Assembly: GCA_964016885.1 (NCBI GenBank)
Contig: OZ024743.1
Location: 110,236,001-110,300,000 of the forward strand
DNA from: Eledone cirrhosa
Taxonomy: Eukaryota
Direction: 5' to 3'
DNA: 64,000 nt
The notes beneath the pieces were generated by a model. The model was not told the DNA's origin. It worked only from the letters and a program-made list of their open reading frames with translations, and searched no databases. Below are positions 14,074-28,579 of the stretch, one piece after another (within the stretch, counting starts at the first letter, position 1; every line of letters begins with the position of its first letter). Position numbers and translations under genes: made by a program.

Positions 14074-14231
14074 GAATTGAGAATGAGGGTTTGTGGGTTT
14101 TCTCACATATGGTTGGTCTTTGAACGTTACTTCTGCTTTATATGGAAAAAGGTGGCTCGAAAGATTTTTAGAGAACTCATTTGGTTGGTTGGTGAATAAG
14201 TATAATACATTTCGCGGTAGTTCGCGTTACC

Positions 14232-14676
14232 GAGTTGGTGTTCACATAAATTAGTTTTTCGTTAGGTTTATGATAGGGTGTGTATATTTTAGAGTCTAGG
14301 CTAAGGATAGGATCAGGGAAGTTGACGTTTTTAGTGTTTTTATCCAAGGTGATACTTAAGTTGAAGTTTTTGAAAATGTTGTGTAACTGTTTCCTAGTTT
14401 TTTCTATATACATCTTTTAAAAGTCTATAAGGAGAAGCGCATCATCGCGGTATAAACCACCGTTGAGGTAGGGTAGGCTCTTATGAATTCCATTAAGTAG
14501 GTATAGGCCCACCAAATCGGTAACCTGCGCCGTGTCACTAGATCCCATATTTATGTCGAAGTTGTTATGCGTATCCTTGCGGGTCCATAATTGTTCTTCA
14601 AATGTAATTATGGTTTTTCGGGCCGCAAGTATGACATCAATTTGGGATCTAGTCGGGTCACTATTTTTCATGGCCA
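14232..14676 (-). mobile_element. Penelope-like element RT fragment (inverted 5' part)
   Basis: FDINMGSSDTAQVTDLVGLYLL, GGLYRDDAL, VNFPD.ILSL, YHKPNEKLIYVNTNS are PLE RT motifs; frameshifted. Confidence 0.9.
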
Positions 14677-17270
14677 TAAACAAAGCCTAATTTATGTGCA
14701 CACCAACTCTAACCACCCTAAATCCATATTAAACTATATTACTAAAGGACTATCTAATAGAATCTCTAATCTATCATATAATGAAAACATATTTAACAAT
14801 AATTCACAATACTATAATGAGGCCTTAATTAAATCAGGACATAAGAATGAGATTGAATTCCTACCTATAAAATCACATAGTTACAACATTATTTCTCTTA
14901 ATATGGCCATGACGAAAATAGTAAAAACAGTAGCCACTATAACTCTAGGACGCAGGTTAATACCAAACTTAACTCTCACCAAAGTAAACACCACAATAAT
15001 AATATAAATCTAAAAACAAAAATAGAAGAAGAAGTAATACATTCTTCAATCGCCCTTTTAATCTAAACAACTCTACCAACTTGCCGAAGGCTTTCTTCTA
15101 AATCTTAGAAAAAAAACTTCCCGACCGGCCACAAGTACCATAACCTTATCAATAAAAATACAATTAATATATCGTACTCCACCACACCTAACATAGCATA
15201 CCATATAGCTAGTAGTAATAAAAGGAAGATTAATAATTACTTCCATCTAATTAAAACACAACAGGAGGTAAACTTAATACCTGTAAACAATAGTAGTAAT
15301 AATAGTAATAATGATAATAGCTCTAATGAAATCAATAACAATACGAATGATAGACATCATTACCCCAGTGCCATCCCTAGCAACCAGAATTCTTCACAAC
15401 ATAGTTATCGGCAAGCTAACACCCAGAATAAATGTAACTGTAGAACTAATGTAGATGTAATAATTGTTTAACCAAAGTCATCATCTACTCATGCACCGTC
15501 AACGCAAACAAATCTTCTAAAACATATATCGGTTCTACTTAGTACAGCTTCAAGATGATATACAACTCGCACCTCCACTCTTTCAAGAAACACAATCTAC
15601 CCAAATCCACTTCTTTATCTAGCTACGTGCACTCTCTGAAAACTAGGAATAGACCATTTACACTGCAATGGAAAGTAGTAGGTAGGGCACCGTAGTATAA
15701 ACCACCGAATAAATTGTGTAAACTCTTTCCATAACTTTAAACCTAGCTATTAGTATATATCAATGTCAGATCTGAATTCTCCACCACCTTTAACACTTCA
15801 CATCTAGGATTTATCAACCCCCACAACTACACACTATTTGGTTAGCTCTCCCCCTCTACACAAATCCTATGTACCTCTAACCTTATACTCTGCAATAACT
15901 GTTACAATTAAACATAAAGTTACCACCTTTGGTATAACTAGTATAGCTTAATTATATTATATAAAGTAATGGATATTTAATATATAGATGCATTTAATGT
16001 AATAGGTAATACTAAACTATATAGACATGTGTGTAATTAAATACTTCAATTAATAACATGTATTTAAAACAATGTAGTAATAATAAAGTATGTATACATT
16101 TGTATGTAAATATATAATGTAATAGGATTGTATGCATGGGATTAAGTTTTAAACAATGTATGTTGTTGCACAGGTGATATATCTAGTTAAACATATAAAC
16201 AGCTATTTTCCATAACATATATCTTGTCCAGTAATGAATGGATAACAATCTTACGAGACGTTTAATGTATTATAATAAAACACATTGTGTTTAAAATCAA
16301 GTATAAATGTATAGCATTATGTAATAGAGATTCTATTGTATCACATTATAATGTGTATTAGAGCAAACATTCCGATTAACTGAATTTAATTAGCTAGTTA
16401 CCTCCCCTTACGCATTAGCTCCCCTTAATCACTTCCGGATATTTTAACCGTTAGAAAACCTACCTGTTGAGCTAATATACTCCATGTATATGAATACAAT
16501 AAGACTAATTTACAATCCATTACTTTAACTAACTTAAACATTCAATATAAACATTAACTAAAATATAATTTACCATATGTAATGGAAGAGACTGCGATAA
16601 CTTTATTCTCCACAACACACACACATTCGGACACTCTCAACAAACTATGTCCACCTTAGATTTTAATACACAGCATTGTTGCCTAAAATACAGTATTTAT
16701 TATCTATATATGCATAATAACTTTGCTTGTTTCCTTCTCACATATATGCCTAACGCATGTGCACTTTCTACACACCTGCATATGTATTGCTAATGAACAC
16801 TTCCTTTCTCAAAGCTCCTTTCACAATGTCTTTTTAATTATTGGACTATTCTCTTGTATTATCTGTTGCATGTATTCCACTCTGTGATTTTAATTTTGAT
16901 TTGAATTTGAGTTTTTGTACAATTATCGTAAAATATATGTCACATCCATTCCACCAACTCAATACGAAACTGTTGCTCACAACATCGATGTATATGAATC
17001 TATATTATCCTTCAGTTGAATAGGAGGTTAATTACATGTACAAACAATGATAATGCTCCAATGACTCCATATAAGAGTTTGGAAGAAACCATTGTCAGCT
17101 ATTAAATGATTTGAACACAACTTTGATAATTGTATAATTTATTTATTCTCCTGCTCTGTAAAACAACTGATGTTCATACATTGAGCTATTTCTCTTACTG
17201 GTAATAAGGTAATAGGAAATGACTGACCTTCCTGTTTATGGTGGTTTATACTATATACATAACTATAAAT
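14677..17270 (+). mobile_element. Penelope-like element 3' part (RT thumb, linker, GIY-YIG, long 3' region)
   Basis: LIYVHTNSNHP..ISNLS..F..Y.AL..SG, CNCR, IIYSC.V..KTYIGST, WKVV..CKL; stops and frameshifts; 3' region homologous to 29200-29950. Confidence 0.85.
17055..17099 (+). ncRNA. degenerate hammerhead of the PLE
   Basis: gct-CCAATGA-c tcca..tgga a-GAAA-ccattg-TC-agc; positional homologue of 29229-29275. Confidence 0.55.
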
Positions 17271-17272
17271 AG

Positions 17273-17359
<87 letters not shown>

Positions 17360-17621
17360 TGAACCATAGCAGTAATTTAGGCCGACATTACTGCTATGGT
17401 TCAGGGTAGTAGTCAGGCTCCTGTCTTATTAGCACACCACTCCTCACTGATTAATCACAGTGTCACGTGATTGATTCTTTTGAATTTGCCACCGACCAAG
17501 TAGGCAGTGATTTTTTCAATGCCCTGGAATTTAGTCCCCGCTCGCTTTTTTCCATCCACTGTATTATTTTTGTATAAGTTCCCTGTGTCCACGCATTGCC
17601 TGGGAACTTAGCTGAGAATAG

Positions 17622-17704
17622 ACTCCCTGATGACGTAAGGATTTTCGCCCTGGTTCCGTTCGGTAACCATATTTATTCCCTTACAGGAACTAAGTAGTTG
17701 GAGT
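17622..17704 (+). ncRNA. hammerhead ribozyme (GAAA mutated to GGAA) in a ~400-bp element at 17361-17757
   Basis: actcc-CTGATGA-c gtaagg..ccttac a-GGAA-ctaagtag-TT-ggagt; the sister fragment at ~38800 keeps GAAA-ctaattag-TT-ggagt. Confidence 0.7.
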
Positions 17705-17752
17705 GAAATTTTAGTAAGTAAGTTGATTTTTATAATTTTCTTATTTTACGTC

Positions 17753-17792
<40 letters not shown>

Positions 17793-17847
17793 TCTTCGTT
17801 TAACGTCCATCATCCACGCTAGCATAGGTTAGACGAGCATATAAACA

Positions 17848-17878
<31 letters not shown>

Positions 17879-18584
17879 CGTGTATGCATGTGTGTATGCG
17901 TGTGTTTTTGAGTACGCGTGACTAATTACGACATTTGTAGGACTTCTTAATACTCTCTGTAATTATAATTAATATTTCCTTTCGTTAATTTAAATTTATA
18001 CATATGTATGAATTATTTACGTTACAAGGTTAATTGTATGGTCTCAATGAGGATATGTAAGAAAAAAACTACCCAGACTCACAGAGAACTTTCAAGGGCT
18101 TGCGTCATTGAGAAAATAAGCAATATATGAGTAGTGAATGACACTAGATTTGTTTTGATTTAAAGAATTCTGCAGTAATTTAAATATATTTAAAATAAAC
18201 TGGTAATAAACTGGTAATAAACAAGCCACGGATATACCTAGATACATTGTCATAATATGTTGTGAACGAACACATTCGTCCTTTGACTACGTAATGAAAA
18301 ATACAATGTGAAATTATACATGTATTACATCTGTGCCAGATATGGGCAGATCCATTATATATTCTTTACAGTTGCCGACACAGATGTATTTGAATATTTC
18401 AACCATGTCTGTCGAAATTATTTGACGGGTATATATTACTACTATGGGATAAATATATTCTATTATACACATACACAAATATATATATATATGTGAATAA
18501 ATATATACGCATACATCTCTCTTACCCTTTCCATCTCTCCGTTTCTCTCTTTATCTGTCTCTCTTGCTCTAAACCCTCCTCTCT

Positions 18585-18631
<47 letters not shown>

Positions 18632-18685
18632 TGTGTGTGTGAATGATGTAATTCCGTCGGAAAGGTACATGTAAAAAATATATAA

Positions 18686-18753
<68 letters not shown>

Positions 18754-20209
18754 CAAGTGACTGGGCTGTAAATATTCAGATTTCAAATTCCATTTTTTAT
18801 CGTTCTGCACTGTAATAAGAGACGACAGGAGCAATATAAACTTCAGTTAGAGTAATGGAGATCACCTGAATTCGTTTTAATAATCCTTTTAAATTTATGA
18901 CATGTGTTGTTTTTCAGATTATATAAAATGCAGGTTGACATTTCTTAGATATAGAATTTACTTATCAAACAGCTGTCACTGTATCTCAACAGAAGAAAGA
19001 ATCGTCGTTACTGAAATACGGTAATGGGCAAATTTAGCAGGAAAAAAATGCAGAAAATCTATTTGTATCGCCATAAATCCATTCTTGACATTTCTGTTTG
19101 TTATTTCGCTTGATTTGACGGATTCTCCTGCGACACCTGGTCGGTTTCTCATCACATGTTGATTTATTATATCGTGCATATTTTACTTAGTGATGCATTA
19201 TATATGAACTTTTTGAAGATTTTCTTTTTCAAAATACATATTGTTCCCAATTGATGCAGACATGAGACATTTCACATTTCAGTAATGCAGATATATCGGC
19301 AAATATATAGGAAAAAATATCTTCTAAATTACTAAGTAGTGATCCGCCACATTACTGATATGTTTATGTTAGAATGTTTGAAGGCAAACATTTAAGTGGC
19401 AACGATTTACATGCTCCTATGGAGGCAAATATATCTTGCCATTTACTTTTAATTCGGAATATATAATAATGTAATTTTAAGCTTCCAATAAGGAAATTCT
19501 TTCAGGAATATCATGAAATAACTGAATAAAGAAATAAAAATTCATCTTAATACTAGATACTATTTATAACAGCTCTATATTTCTGAAAACACGCTAGAAT
19601 ATATTACGTATGGTAAAATAATATATTTCATTAAAATGTTGCTGGTGTGTTCGGTTATATCCAGGTAAGCTCCAATGGAGCTAATGTGGATATCACGCCT
19701 CCATTTCCTTATGCATATGTGTAGGTTTATTTTATTCCAATATGTTTCCATTTACGTTGTAAACGTGTGGTTTTGGAAGTTGTGCTTGCTGTGTCAAGCA
19801 GTACCGTAGTTTAGTTAGCATAACGAAGTTTGTCTTTGTGTCTGGATATGATCTATTTCAGTAGAGATATATATAGATATAAATTGTTTCTGTGGTTTAA
19901 GAAATGTTGGTTTCTGAGGTTAATTTTAAGATCGTAATAGTATTAATTTTGGAGATGTTCTAATGATCAAAATTGCTGAATATATTAATTAAAGTATTAT
20001 TATGAAAAAATGTATAGTCGGAGTTTGTTATAATATGGTTCCGTAATATATACAACCCTGACGGACGTTTATTTACTTATTTTACCGACACTGTAGAAAT
20101 GAGATCTGAATTTTATAATATGTTAATGCTGTCTCACACCGTTATTTTCTTTATTATATCCTCTATAGGATGGTTTGGGATTTGAAGAATTGATAGTTTG
20201 TCGGATGAT

Positions 20210-20390
20210 TTGACTTTCCCGTATTTGTCCGGGCTCCTGACATTCTGATTAGAAGTCCTAGCGAATTTAACTTTGCCTTTCATAATTTCAAGGTCGAAAA
20301 AATAAAGTACCAGTCAAGTACATGCATTGATATAATATGACATATGCCTCCCCAACAATCATTGAAAATGTGCCTAAATAAGAAACCACG
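20210..20390 (+). mobile_element. diverged SINE copy
   Basis: ttaactttgcctttcat...ggtcga..aataaagtaccagt...gtgcctaaa..agaaac. Confidence 0.7.
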
Positions 20391-22081
20391 ATATTATTTG
20401 TTGTTAATAGATGTATTTATATGGTCAATCATATTGAATTCTTATCTATAATTAAATTAAGTCACCAACGTTTAACTTTACACTTGCGTTTGAAATTGTG
20501 CATCACAGTATGGTGTGCGAGATATTTTTTGATGTGGGTGATGGTTAATGATATACAATGCTTATGCCCAATGCTGGCTTTGCCAGACTATTCTGACTGA
20601 TACAGTAGTACGCCTTGTCAAGTTGAATTATAGTTATCAACCTTAATCATTCAACTAATGATAATTAAATTATATAATATTTTCTGTATCTACCAAATGA
20701 CTGTTTTTTTAATTCTTTATTGGGGTATTCCATGTGTGCCAATTATATTAGTGGGCTCGAATTTTTTCAAGCAAGTGCATTTCCACTCTAGCCAATTTGA
20801 AGATACCTGCGAGAGAGGCTGCCGTAGAGAATTATTTTGTAAAACAATCGAGAGATTTGATATTGTTCTATCCTCCACATCATTCATTTGAAGCAAAGGT
20901 CTAAAGTCTTAGTGTTAGATAATATCACCGATTATGATTCACACATATACAGTAAGACTGATTCTACTGTAAATTTGAATAATTTAAGTTTTATTTTTGT
21001 GATTATATTAGGTTATCACACCGTATCTAGCAAGTTCACTGTTGTTTCTATCATTGTACGAGATCGTGCATGACCCATGGTATTTGAAATTATCTACATT
21101 TCCGAGAACAGTTTGCTTAATGATTCGGTGACAATTTCTAACGGATGAATATTCGGACTAGGTAACTATTAATATTGAAAGTAAGCATACACCTCTCATT
21201 CTTTATATAATTACCAATAACACTTGGAGTTGCATACGCACAAAATCACATCTGTGTATATATAAGGAGAGATAGAAAGGGCATATATACATCTGTAAGT
21301 ATATTGGAAAGCATGCAAATACTGATAATCACACATACATATATTTGTTAATGCATATTTCCATATTTCATAGCCAATATTCAACTAATAATCTTTAGCC
21401 AGAGAAGCTGAATTAGTCGTTCGTGTGTTATTACTTATTAAAGTATGGTGAAAGAGAAATCAATCGTATTTTACAATCGGAGAAAATCTTCGGATTAGTC
21501 CATATGCATAAAATCTACTTTAATAAACTGCCGGTAATTTCACCAAAATCTTGATTGACGACCGACCATAAATCATTCGCAATTTGGCCTGTGACCTACA
21601 ATAGTAAGAGAATATTTAACTTGCATTATGTTAGAAGAAATTCAACGTATGCTGTTTACTTCTTTCACTTGGAAATGTTAAAATGGAATGTTTGAATAAT
21701 AATGGGACGCAGAGACAAATTTAGAAAGGATTAGAAACTCTAAGCAGTAGCAAATTTATTCGATCTGTGTTTTTATAAGAAAATCCTTGTGTTTGAATAA
21801 CATTTTGCCAGTTCTGTTTAATATGGGTTTTACTAGATTATAGAATTATCATGTTTACACTTTGGAAGGCTTTTCAGCATAATCCATTGTCCAGTTTTCC
21901 TTCTCCTATTGTTTTACATTGTATAATTCTGCTAAATTACTATCACGAAATATATAAAGGATATTATTATCTTAGCATACCATTAATTTACTATATCGAG
22001 TTATTTCTCCGACTATTCTCACATTCACTAGTTCGCTCAAAGACACATTCAAATAAACACTGATACAATATTGCCTTATTT

Positions 22082-22120
<39 letters not shown>

Positions 22121-22299
22121 CACTCTATCACTCTCTCTTTCTCTCTCTCTCTCGCCCTCTCTCTATCGCCCTCTCTCTCTCTCTTCGTCTCTCTCTCTTT
22201 CGCCCTCTCTCTATTTCGCCCGTTCTATCTCTCTCTCTCTCTTTCGCCATATCTCTCTTTCACCCTCTCTCTCTCTCTCTCTCTGTTTCCTTATAACTC

Positions 22300-22431
<132 letters not shown>

Positions 22432-22472
22432 GATTTATTATATAACATTTATATGTATATATATATATTTTA

Positions 22473-25400
22473 TCTATATATATAAAAGCGAAGATGTGTG
22501 TGTGTGTGTGTGTACACATTTGGATACCTAAGGCTTTTACAATTCCCAGCCGAATTTGACCAAATTTTCTGTGCACGTTGCACCTGTCGCTAAGATGGTC
22601 TCATCACACACATTCTTCAAATCGACCTACGTTGAACAATAAAAAATCGATAACAAAATAATCCATAGCAAAATTATTTTTTCTAAAGTGCATGATGTAA
22701 GGGAGATAACAAACTTTATTGACAATCCTTATAAAGAGAGTGAGAGAGGGGAGATATGGAGACCTTCATTTTCACTTTCAAAACAACAATCATCGTCGGA
22801 CGAAATTTCAGAAATATAAACATCAGATTCATTTGAAGATAAATCACTAATATTATTGTTTGTTTCTTGTTTACTCTGAATGATGTCGTGTGTAAAACCT
22901 TCAAAGTCGGTATCGCTACTTTCATGTTGATACAAAAGAAATGTGTCGTCCTTTCAAAGTTAAAAAAAAACACTTGTTTTAACTTGTTTCACTATATTAA
23001 GTGTTAATTTTCGCGGTAAGGGTCTAATCTCGCAGCAGTCTCGAATTGACGAGATTTCGATGATGGTTTGTTAATTTTTAGAACAATCATTATGGGATTT
23101 CCATTCAAAAAATTGGGACCTACAACTTTAACATTTTTAAAGTAATTTCGTTCACATTTGCGGCAGGCATTATCTATGCTTCCAGCTGTATTCGTACACA
23201 TCAGACTTTATTGACAATGAAGGAACATACTGAACAGGATGTAGTTATTCAAATGATTTTTTCTTTGTTTTGCCAGTATATTTTTAATTTTACTGTAACA
23301 TACATTTTGTCTTTACAATTTTTCACCAGAAAGTATGCACATATTGGCTCTCGGACTTTGACCTCTCGGTCGAACAAAACAGTGCGCGTAAATGACGCTC
23401 CGCCGATAACCGAAAATAGACAATCACAAAATGAGGTGAGTACAGTTATTGCAACATATTTGTCCGCCGCTGAGCGTCGGTTAGTGCGGCGTACCATTAA
23501 TGCTAAAACAATTGCTGCAGCACGAGTTGGAGAGACTATAGAACAACGTGAAACACGCCTTGCTATGGATGCTACAGCTACTGTTGCAGCAATATCTGCA
23601 GAGACAGTACAAAAATATGAAACACGCCGTTCGCGTAATGCTTCAGCTAATACTGCAGCAAGAGTAATTGACACTGTGCAAGAACGTCAAAGTCGCCAAT
23701 TGAGAAATGCTTCAGCTACTGCTACGGCACGAGCTGTAGAGACTGTAACAAGTGGAGCTATTCGGCTGGAGGGTAACGCTCAATGTACAGCTCTATCGCG
23801 GGGTATTTCAAAGGCATCACGCTCACGATGGTACCTCAAGGCAGTTAATGATGACCCTAATGTAAACTATCAAATCCATCCTGATATTTAAATATATGCC
23901 ATGTCAAATAATGGCCAACATTGTAAAGCTAAAAAGTGGGCGAGGGAATCGGCTGAAATGTGCTGCTCCAATGGTAAAGTTAATTTTCCCACCCTTTGGG
24001 AACCACCGCAGCCTCTCCAGATGCTTCTAACAATCACAATCACGTGATTTTCTGAAGCATATTCGACTGTACAACATTGCGTTACAAATGACCTCTTTCG
24101 GTGCAAAACATCTGAAGTAAGATGGATTTATGCCGACTTTCAAAGTACAGGGTCAGGTCTATCATCTCATTGGATCACTGCAAACGCTGCCTACCGAAGA
24201 GCCTTGTGGTGACAAGTGACATCATTAAGACTAACTACCAACATGCGTGCAAGGTTGCATGTCATCGACATTTTCTGGAGACATTCTTACAATAGGAGAT
24301 GGTAACCTACTTCTGGATACAGATAGACACACAGCAATTGATCACATCAGCAATGTAGTTGAAACTGTCGATGATCTCAAGTCGAGTGTATTCCCGAACT
24401 TGCGTGATAACTATACGAATCTTGATTGGCTATGCGAAAGAACCATTCTTGCACCCCAAAATATCACGGTTAGCTGTATTAACGATCAGCTTCTTCCTGG
24501 ATGTCCACGGACATATAAATCTATTGATACTGTATTTGATCCACAGGATGCAATCAATTATCCAGTTGAATTTCTAAATTCTTTAAATCCTCCCGGTTTA
24601 CCTCTTAATACATTGGTTCTGAAAGAGGGAACGCCAGTTATTTTGCTGAGAAATATCACTCCTCCAAAACTATGCAATGGTACACGCCTTGTGATTAAAA
24701 AACTGTCTCCACTTAGTATTGACGCTACCATTCTATCCGGATGTGGAAAAGGCGAGGATGTGAAAAATTAGCCTGACTACATCAGGCGTGGATACTCTCT
24801 TCTCCTTTCGCCGAACCCTATTTCCCATTCGTGTTGCCTTTGCGATGTCCATAAACACGTCGCAAGGTCAAACTCTGTCCTTCGCTGGAATTCACTTGGA
24901 TGAACCTTGCTTTTCGCACGGACAATTCTACGTTGCCTGCTCACGAGTTGGCAGTAGAGATAATCTCTTTGCGTTTGTTCCGAAAAGAAAAACAAAGAAT
25001 TTCGTCTATCCTGAAGTGCTTTAGTGTTAACAAAAACGCTTATTACAGCTCTGCCTTAACTTCACCTTACTCATTACAAAACATACCAATGAATATGTCA
25101 TGCAGGATATTTAGGATTATAAGTTCAAAATGTAACCATACACAGCAAAGGATGCTCTCAAATAATAGATTATCTCTTATTCTACTCTCATTGTTTTTTT
25201 GTTTGTATACAACTCTGCTTTCATTACAACTTTTTGTACTTTACCAAAACTGCCTGTTTTTTTTACAGATTTGTAACGTGTATTGTCTTTAATCATTTGT
25301 ATAACTACATCCTGTTCAGTGTGTTCCTTCATTATCAGCATAGTTTTATGTGTAAAAGATTGCACTAAATATTCGTTTGCATTATTTATTGAAGACTTCT

Positions 25401-25504
25401 GCTTATTTTGACAGGTTGGGGACAAATCATTTTTTCTTTTACTTCCTAGCTGTATATTCTTAGTATAATTTCAAACCCCGGGTAATGCCGGATAAATCTG
25501 CTAG
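22473..25504 (+). mobile_element. internally deleted Helitron
   Basis: 5' TC after A (22472), 3' hairpin ccgg gtaatg ccgg plus terminal CTAG before T (25505); RepHel remnants inside. Confidence 0.85.
23380..25024 (+). pseudogene. Helitron RepHel remnant (N-terminal repeats, Zn motif, C-terminal PIF1-like helicase)
   Basis: ETxEQRExRL-type repeats; HCKAKKW..E..MCCSNGKV; TFKVQGQVYHLIGSL; then LTTNMR, ILAP.N, LCNGTRL, FAMSINTSQGQTL, FSHGQFYVACSRV; stops, frameshifts and a large deletion near 24205. Confidence 0.9.
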
Positions 25505-27494
25505 TATTATATAAGGAAATAGTTATTTAATTCTTTGGTTATTCAACAAATTTAAATATAACAGATTCGAAGCACTCTACATATTTTCTTTCGGAGTATA
25601 ATATCAATGATATTAATAAATGGAAACTATACTTTATGTTCTGTTTGAATATTATATTATATTTATATATTATATATATATTATATATATATTATATATA
25701 TATTATATATATATATTATATATATATATATATTATATATAATATATATATATATGATATATATATATTATATTATATATATATATATATATTATATTAT
25801 ATATATATTCATCTATATATATATATTTATTCATTATATACATTATGTACATATGCGTGTGTTAGTGTGTGTGCGTGTTTGTATTCTGGGTTCAATGGGG
25901 AGGGGGTAATGACAGTCAGTATGTTAATGAATACATGGCAGAGTATAAATATTGATTTCCTTCGAATGAAACATTTATAGACCTGTAGAAGCCATTTCTG
26001 TATTAAATACCCCCCACACACACACATACACACACACATACACACACGCACACTCACAAACACATACACACACACACTGATTGTGCGATATCAAAGTGAA
26101 GACCAAGTAAGATCAAGCTCATTAAATTTGGATTGTCATATATTCACCTCTGCTATCTTCTTTGATTCCATATTTTCTTTAAACAGAAACATATTTTCAT
26201 TTACGTATGAAATCTCCTCTCTCGCTCTTACACACGCTTGAGCATACATACATGTATACATACATGTGTATGTTTGTATGTATGGATGGATGGATGGATG
26301 GATGGATATTGAAGTTTTGATACGTTGACTATTCAGGCGAAACCTTGATGTAAACAACACTATTAACAACAATAGCAAATATGGCGTAGTTGATCAGTCA
26401 TACAAATCAGTGTATGTTCAATATGTCCAGGACGGGTACGTATAAATAGCATCTCTGAACATACATGCATCATTTCCTTGTCCTTAATTGATATATGCAA
26501 CATAAATTACAAATTTACGGCATGCATTTGAATTATATATTTACACGGATGTTCTTTAAACAAACACCATCTATATGGATATAGTATACAACTTTGTTCA
26601 AGCTACCGAGCAACGATCTACATACTTTAAATGCCAGACTCTGGGTATAAAAATATGCTATGATGAAGCAAGCTTCATCTTTATATTTTTTGCTGTCTTG
26701 AAATTCTACCTACTAATTTCATCAATTAAGAGATTCAAATAAAACATTTATATATATTTAAATGCATAACAGAATACTGGGAATATTTTCTCCAATTATA
26801 GAAAATATTTAGGCTAAAGCTAAGAATGTCTTCTGACATATTTAATGACTTCCCCCACAACCCACCAAAAAAACATAATTGTAAAACGAAAGAAGATGAA
26901 AGAAATTCCAAATAAACAGCGTTATATGATAAAACCGAAGAGCAGAAAAAGAAAGGTATTTCAAATATCAGGTTAAGACTGTTAATTCGCATATTTCTTT
27001 GATGTTCCACGAATTGATCTATATAACATAGTCTTTGTCTCATTTCGTCATAATTTGATTATTTTAATCATATAGAGAGAATGCGGGTGATATCTAGACT
27101 ATACAAATGAGAAAAAGACTGAAATTGAGGCAAATGATATAAACACATGTATAATTGGCATAACAAATATACAAGTCAATGCAATAACAAAGCTAAACTT
27201 CTCAAAGAACAATTAAATGTTAATACTAATTTAATATCATTTAAAATGCTCTGCAAATTTCGCCTTTATTACGGATAGACATTTATTATACTTCTTGTTA
27301 TTTTTTTGATTTATATTAATACATTATAATAATATTATAATGTATCAACGAGACACAGTCATTACCAAAGGTATACAAAATAACTAATCCTCATGAACAT
27401 CAACACCACAAATATCCCGCTTTTTATCAGCATCACCATCTTTGTCAACATCTGTCATTATGACTACTATTTTTCTTCTAGTATTACATTTCAA

Positions 27495-27526
<32 letters not shown>

Positions 27527-27631
27527 AGTATTGAAGTTTCCGTTGAAAATTGAAAAAGTCAGAGGAATGAAGAGTGCTCTATGTAAGTTACAGAGCTAAA
27601 TATTTAATGTATAATAAACAATACAGTATAA

Positions 27632-27705
27632 TTGCCTCATTACCAGAGGTTTCCCGAATAAGACGGACACAAGAAACGTCCGCATTCGTTCATCAGACAA
27701 GGCAA
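27632..27705 (-). ncRNA. type I hammerhead ribozyme
   Basis: minus: ttgccttgt-CTGATGA-a cgaat gcggac..gtccgt ctt attcg g-GAAA-cc tct gg-TA-atgaggcaa. Confidence 0.8.
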
Positions 27706-28399
27706 TTTAAAACATACTGAAGTATTTGAAAAATCTCCTCAGGAAAGGCAAAAGTTTAACGGGTAAAAAAAAATTATTAATCATTTTCTATTTTTTATTT
27801 TTATTTGTTTTCTAGTGTTACTTTATATATTTTAACCCCTACCACTTACTTTCTCTTTGCGTTATTTTTTTATTTTTATCTTATATATTATTTCCTTAAT
27901 TTATATTTTTATATTTGTATCAACCTTCAGTCTGACACTGCGTTGACTTTATACACTCCCTTCCTTGTATATATCACATACATGTATGTGGTTGCGCGTG
28001 TGTGTATGTTTATACGCGTGCGTCCTTTCATCCTTGTATATGTATATATTTCAATTCTTAGTCCCTGAGTGTGTATGTACGCTAACTCCATTATCTTACA
28101 ATTTCTTTTTCAACATATATATATATATATATATATGTATTTGTGGTCACACATACACTAATGTGTTTGCCCTCATGTATATATTTACGTACACATTTTT
28201 CACTGTACACATGCATTTGTACATACACACACATGTACATATGTATGTGCATATACACAGATTTATACACATCCCCTTACTATATTACTTTATTTTTATT
28301 TTTTATACATCTCATGTATTATTACTTTAATTTTTTTTTAACCCATTAAAGTGTTGCCTTTCATGAGGAGATTTTTCAAATATTTCACTATGTTTTATA

Positions 28400-28473
28400 T
28401 TGCCTTGTCTGATGAACGAATGCGGACGTTTCTTGTAATCGTCTTATTCGGGAAACCTCTGGTAATGAGGTAA
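28400..28473 (+). ncRNA. type I hammerhead ribozyme
   Basis: ttgccttgt-CTGATGA-a cgaat..attcg g-GAAA-cc tct gg-TA-atgaggtaa; 9-bp stem I with GU pairs. Confidence 0.8.
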
Positions 28474-28501
28474 TTATACTGTATTGTTTATTATACATTA
28501 A

Positions 28502-28566
<65 letters not shown>

Positions 28567-28579
28567 AATATATAATATA

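Larger units (their letters stand above)
27602..28503. repeat. inverted repeat (arms ~180 bp, spacer ~540 bp) with an HHR in each arm
   Basis: 27602-27782 is the reverse complement of 28320-28503. Confidence 0.9.

Noticed and set aside
18949-19179. Short ORFs on both strands in a non-repetitive region
   Set aside because: No domain or convincing splice structure
20808-20900. Possible minus-strand exon (CTAAC..tttag / PLLQMNDVEDRTISNLSIVLQNNSLRQPLSQ / gtatct)
   Set aside because: Weak donor, no recognisable domain and no partner exons; needs RNA-seq
26313-26355. HHR-like gtt-TTGATAC...GAAA..TA-aac
   Set aside because: Several core deviations and only a 3-bp stem I; single copy
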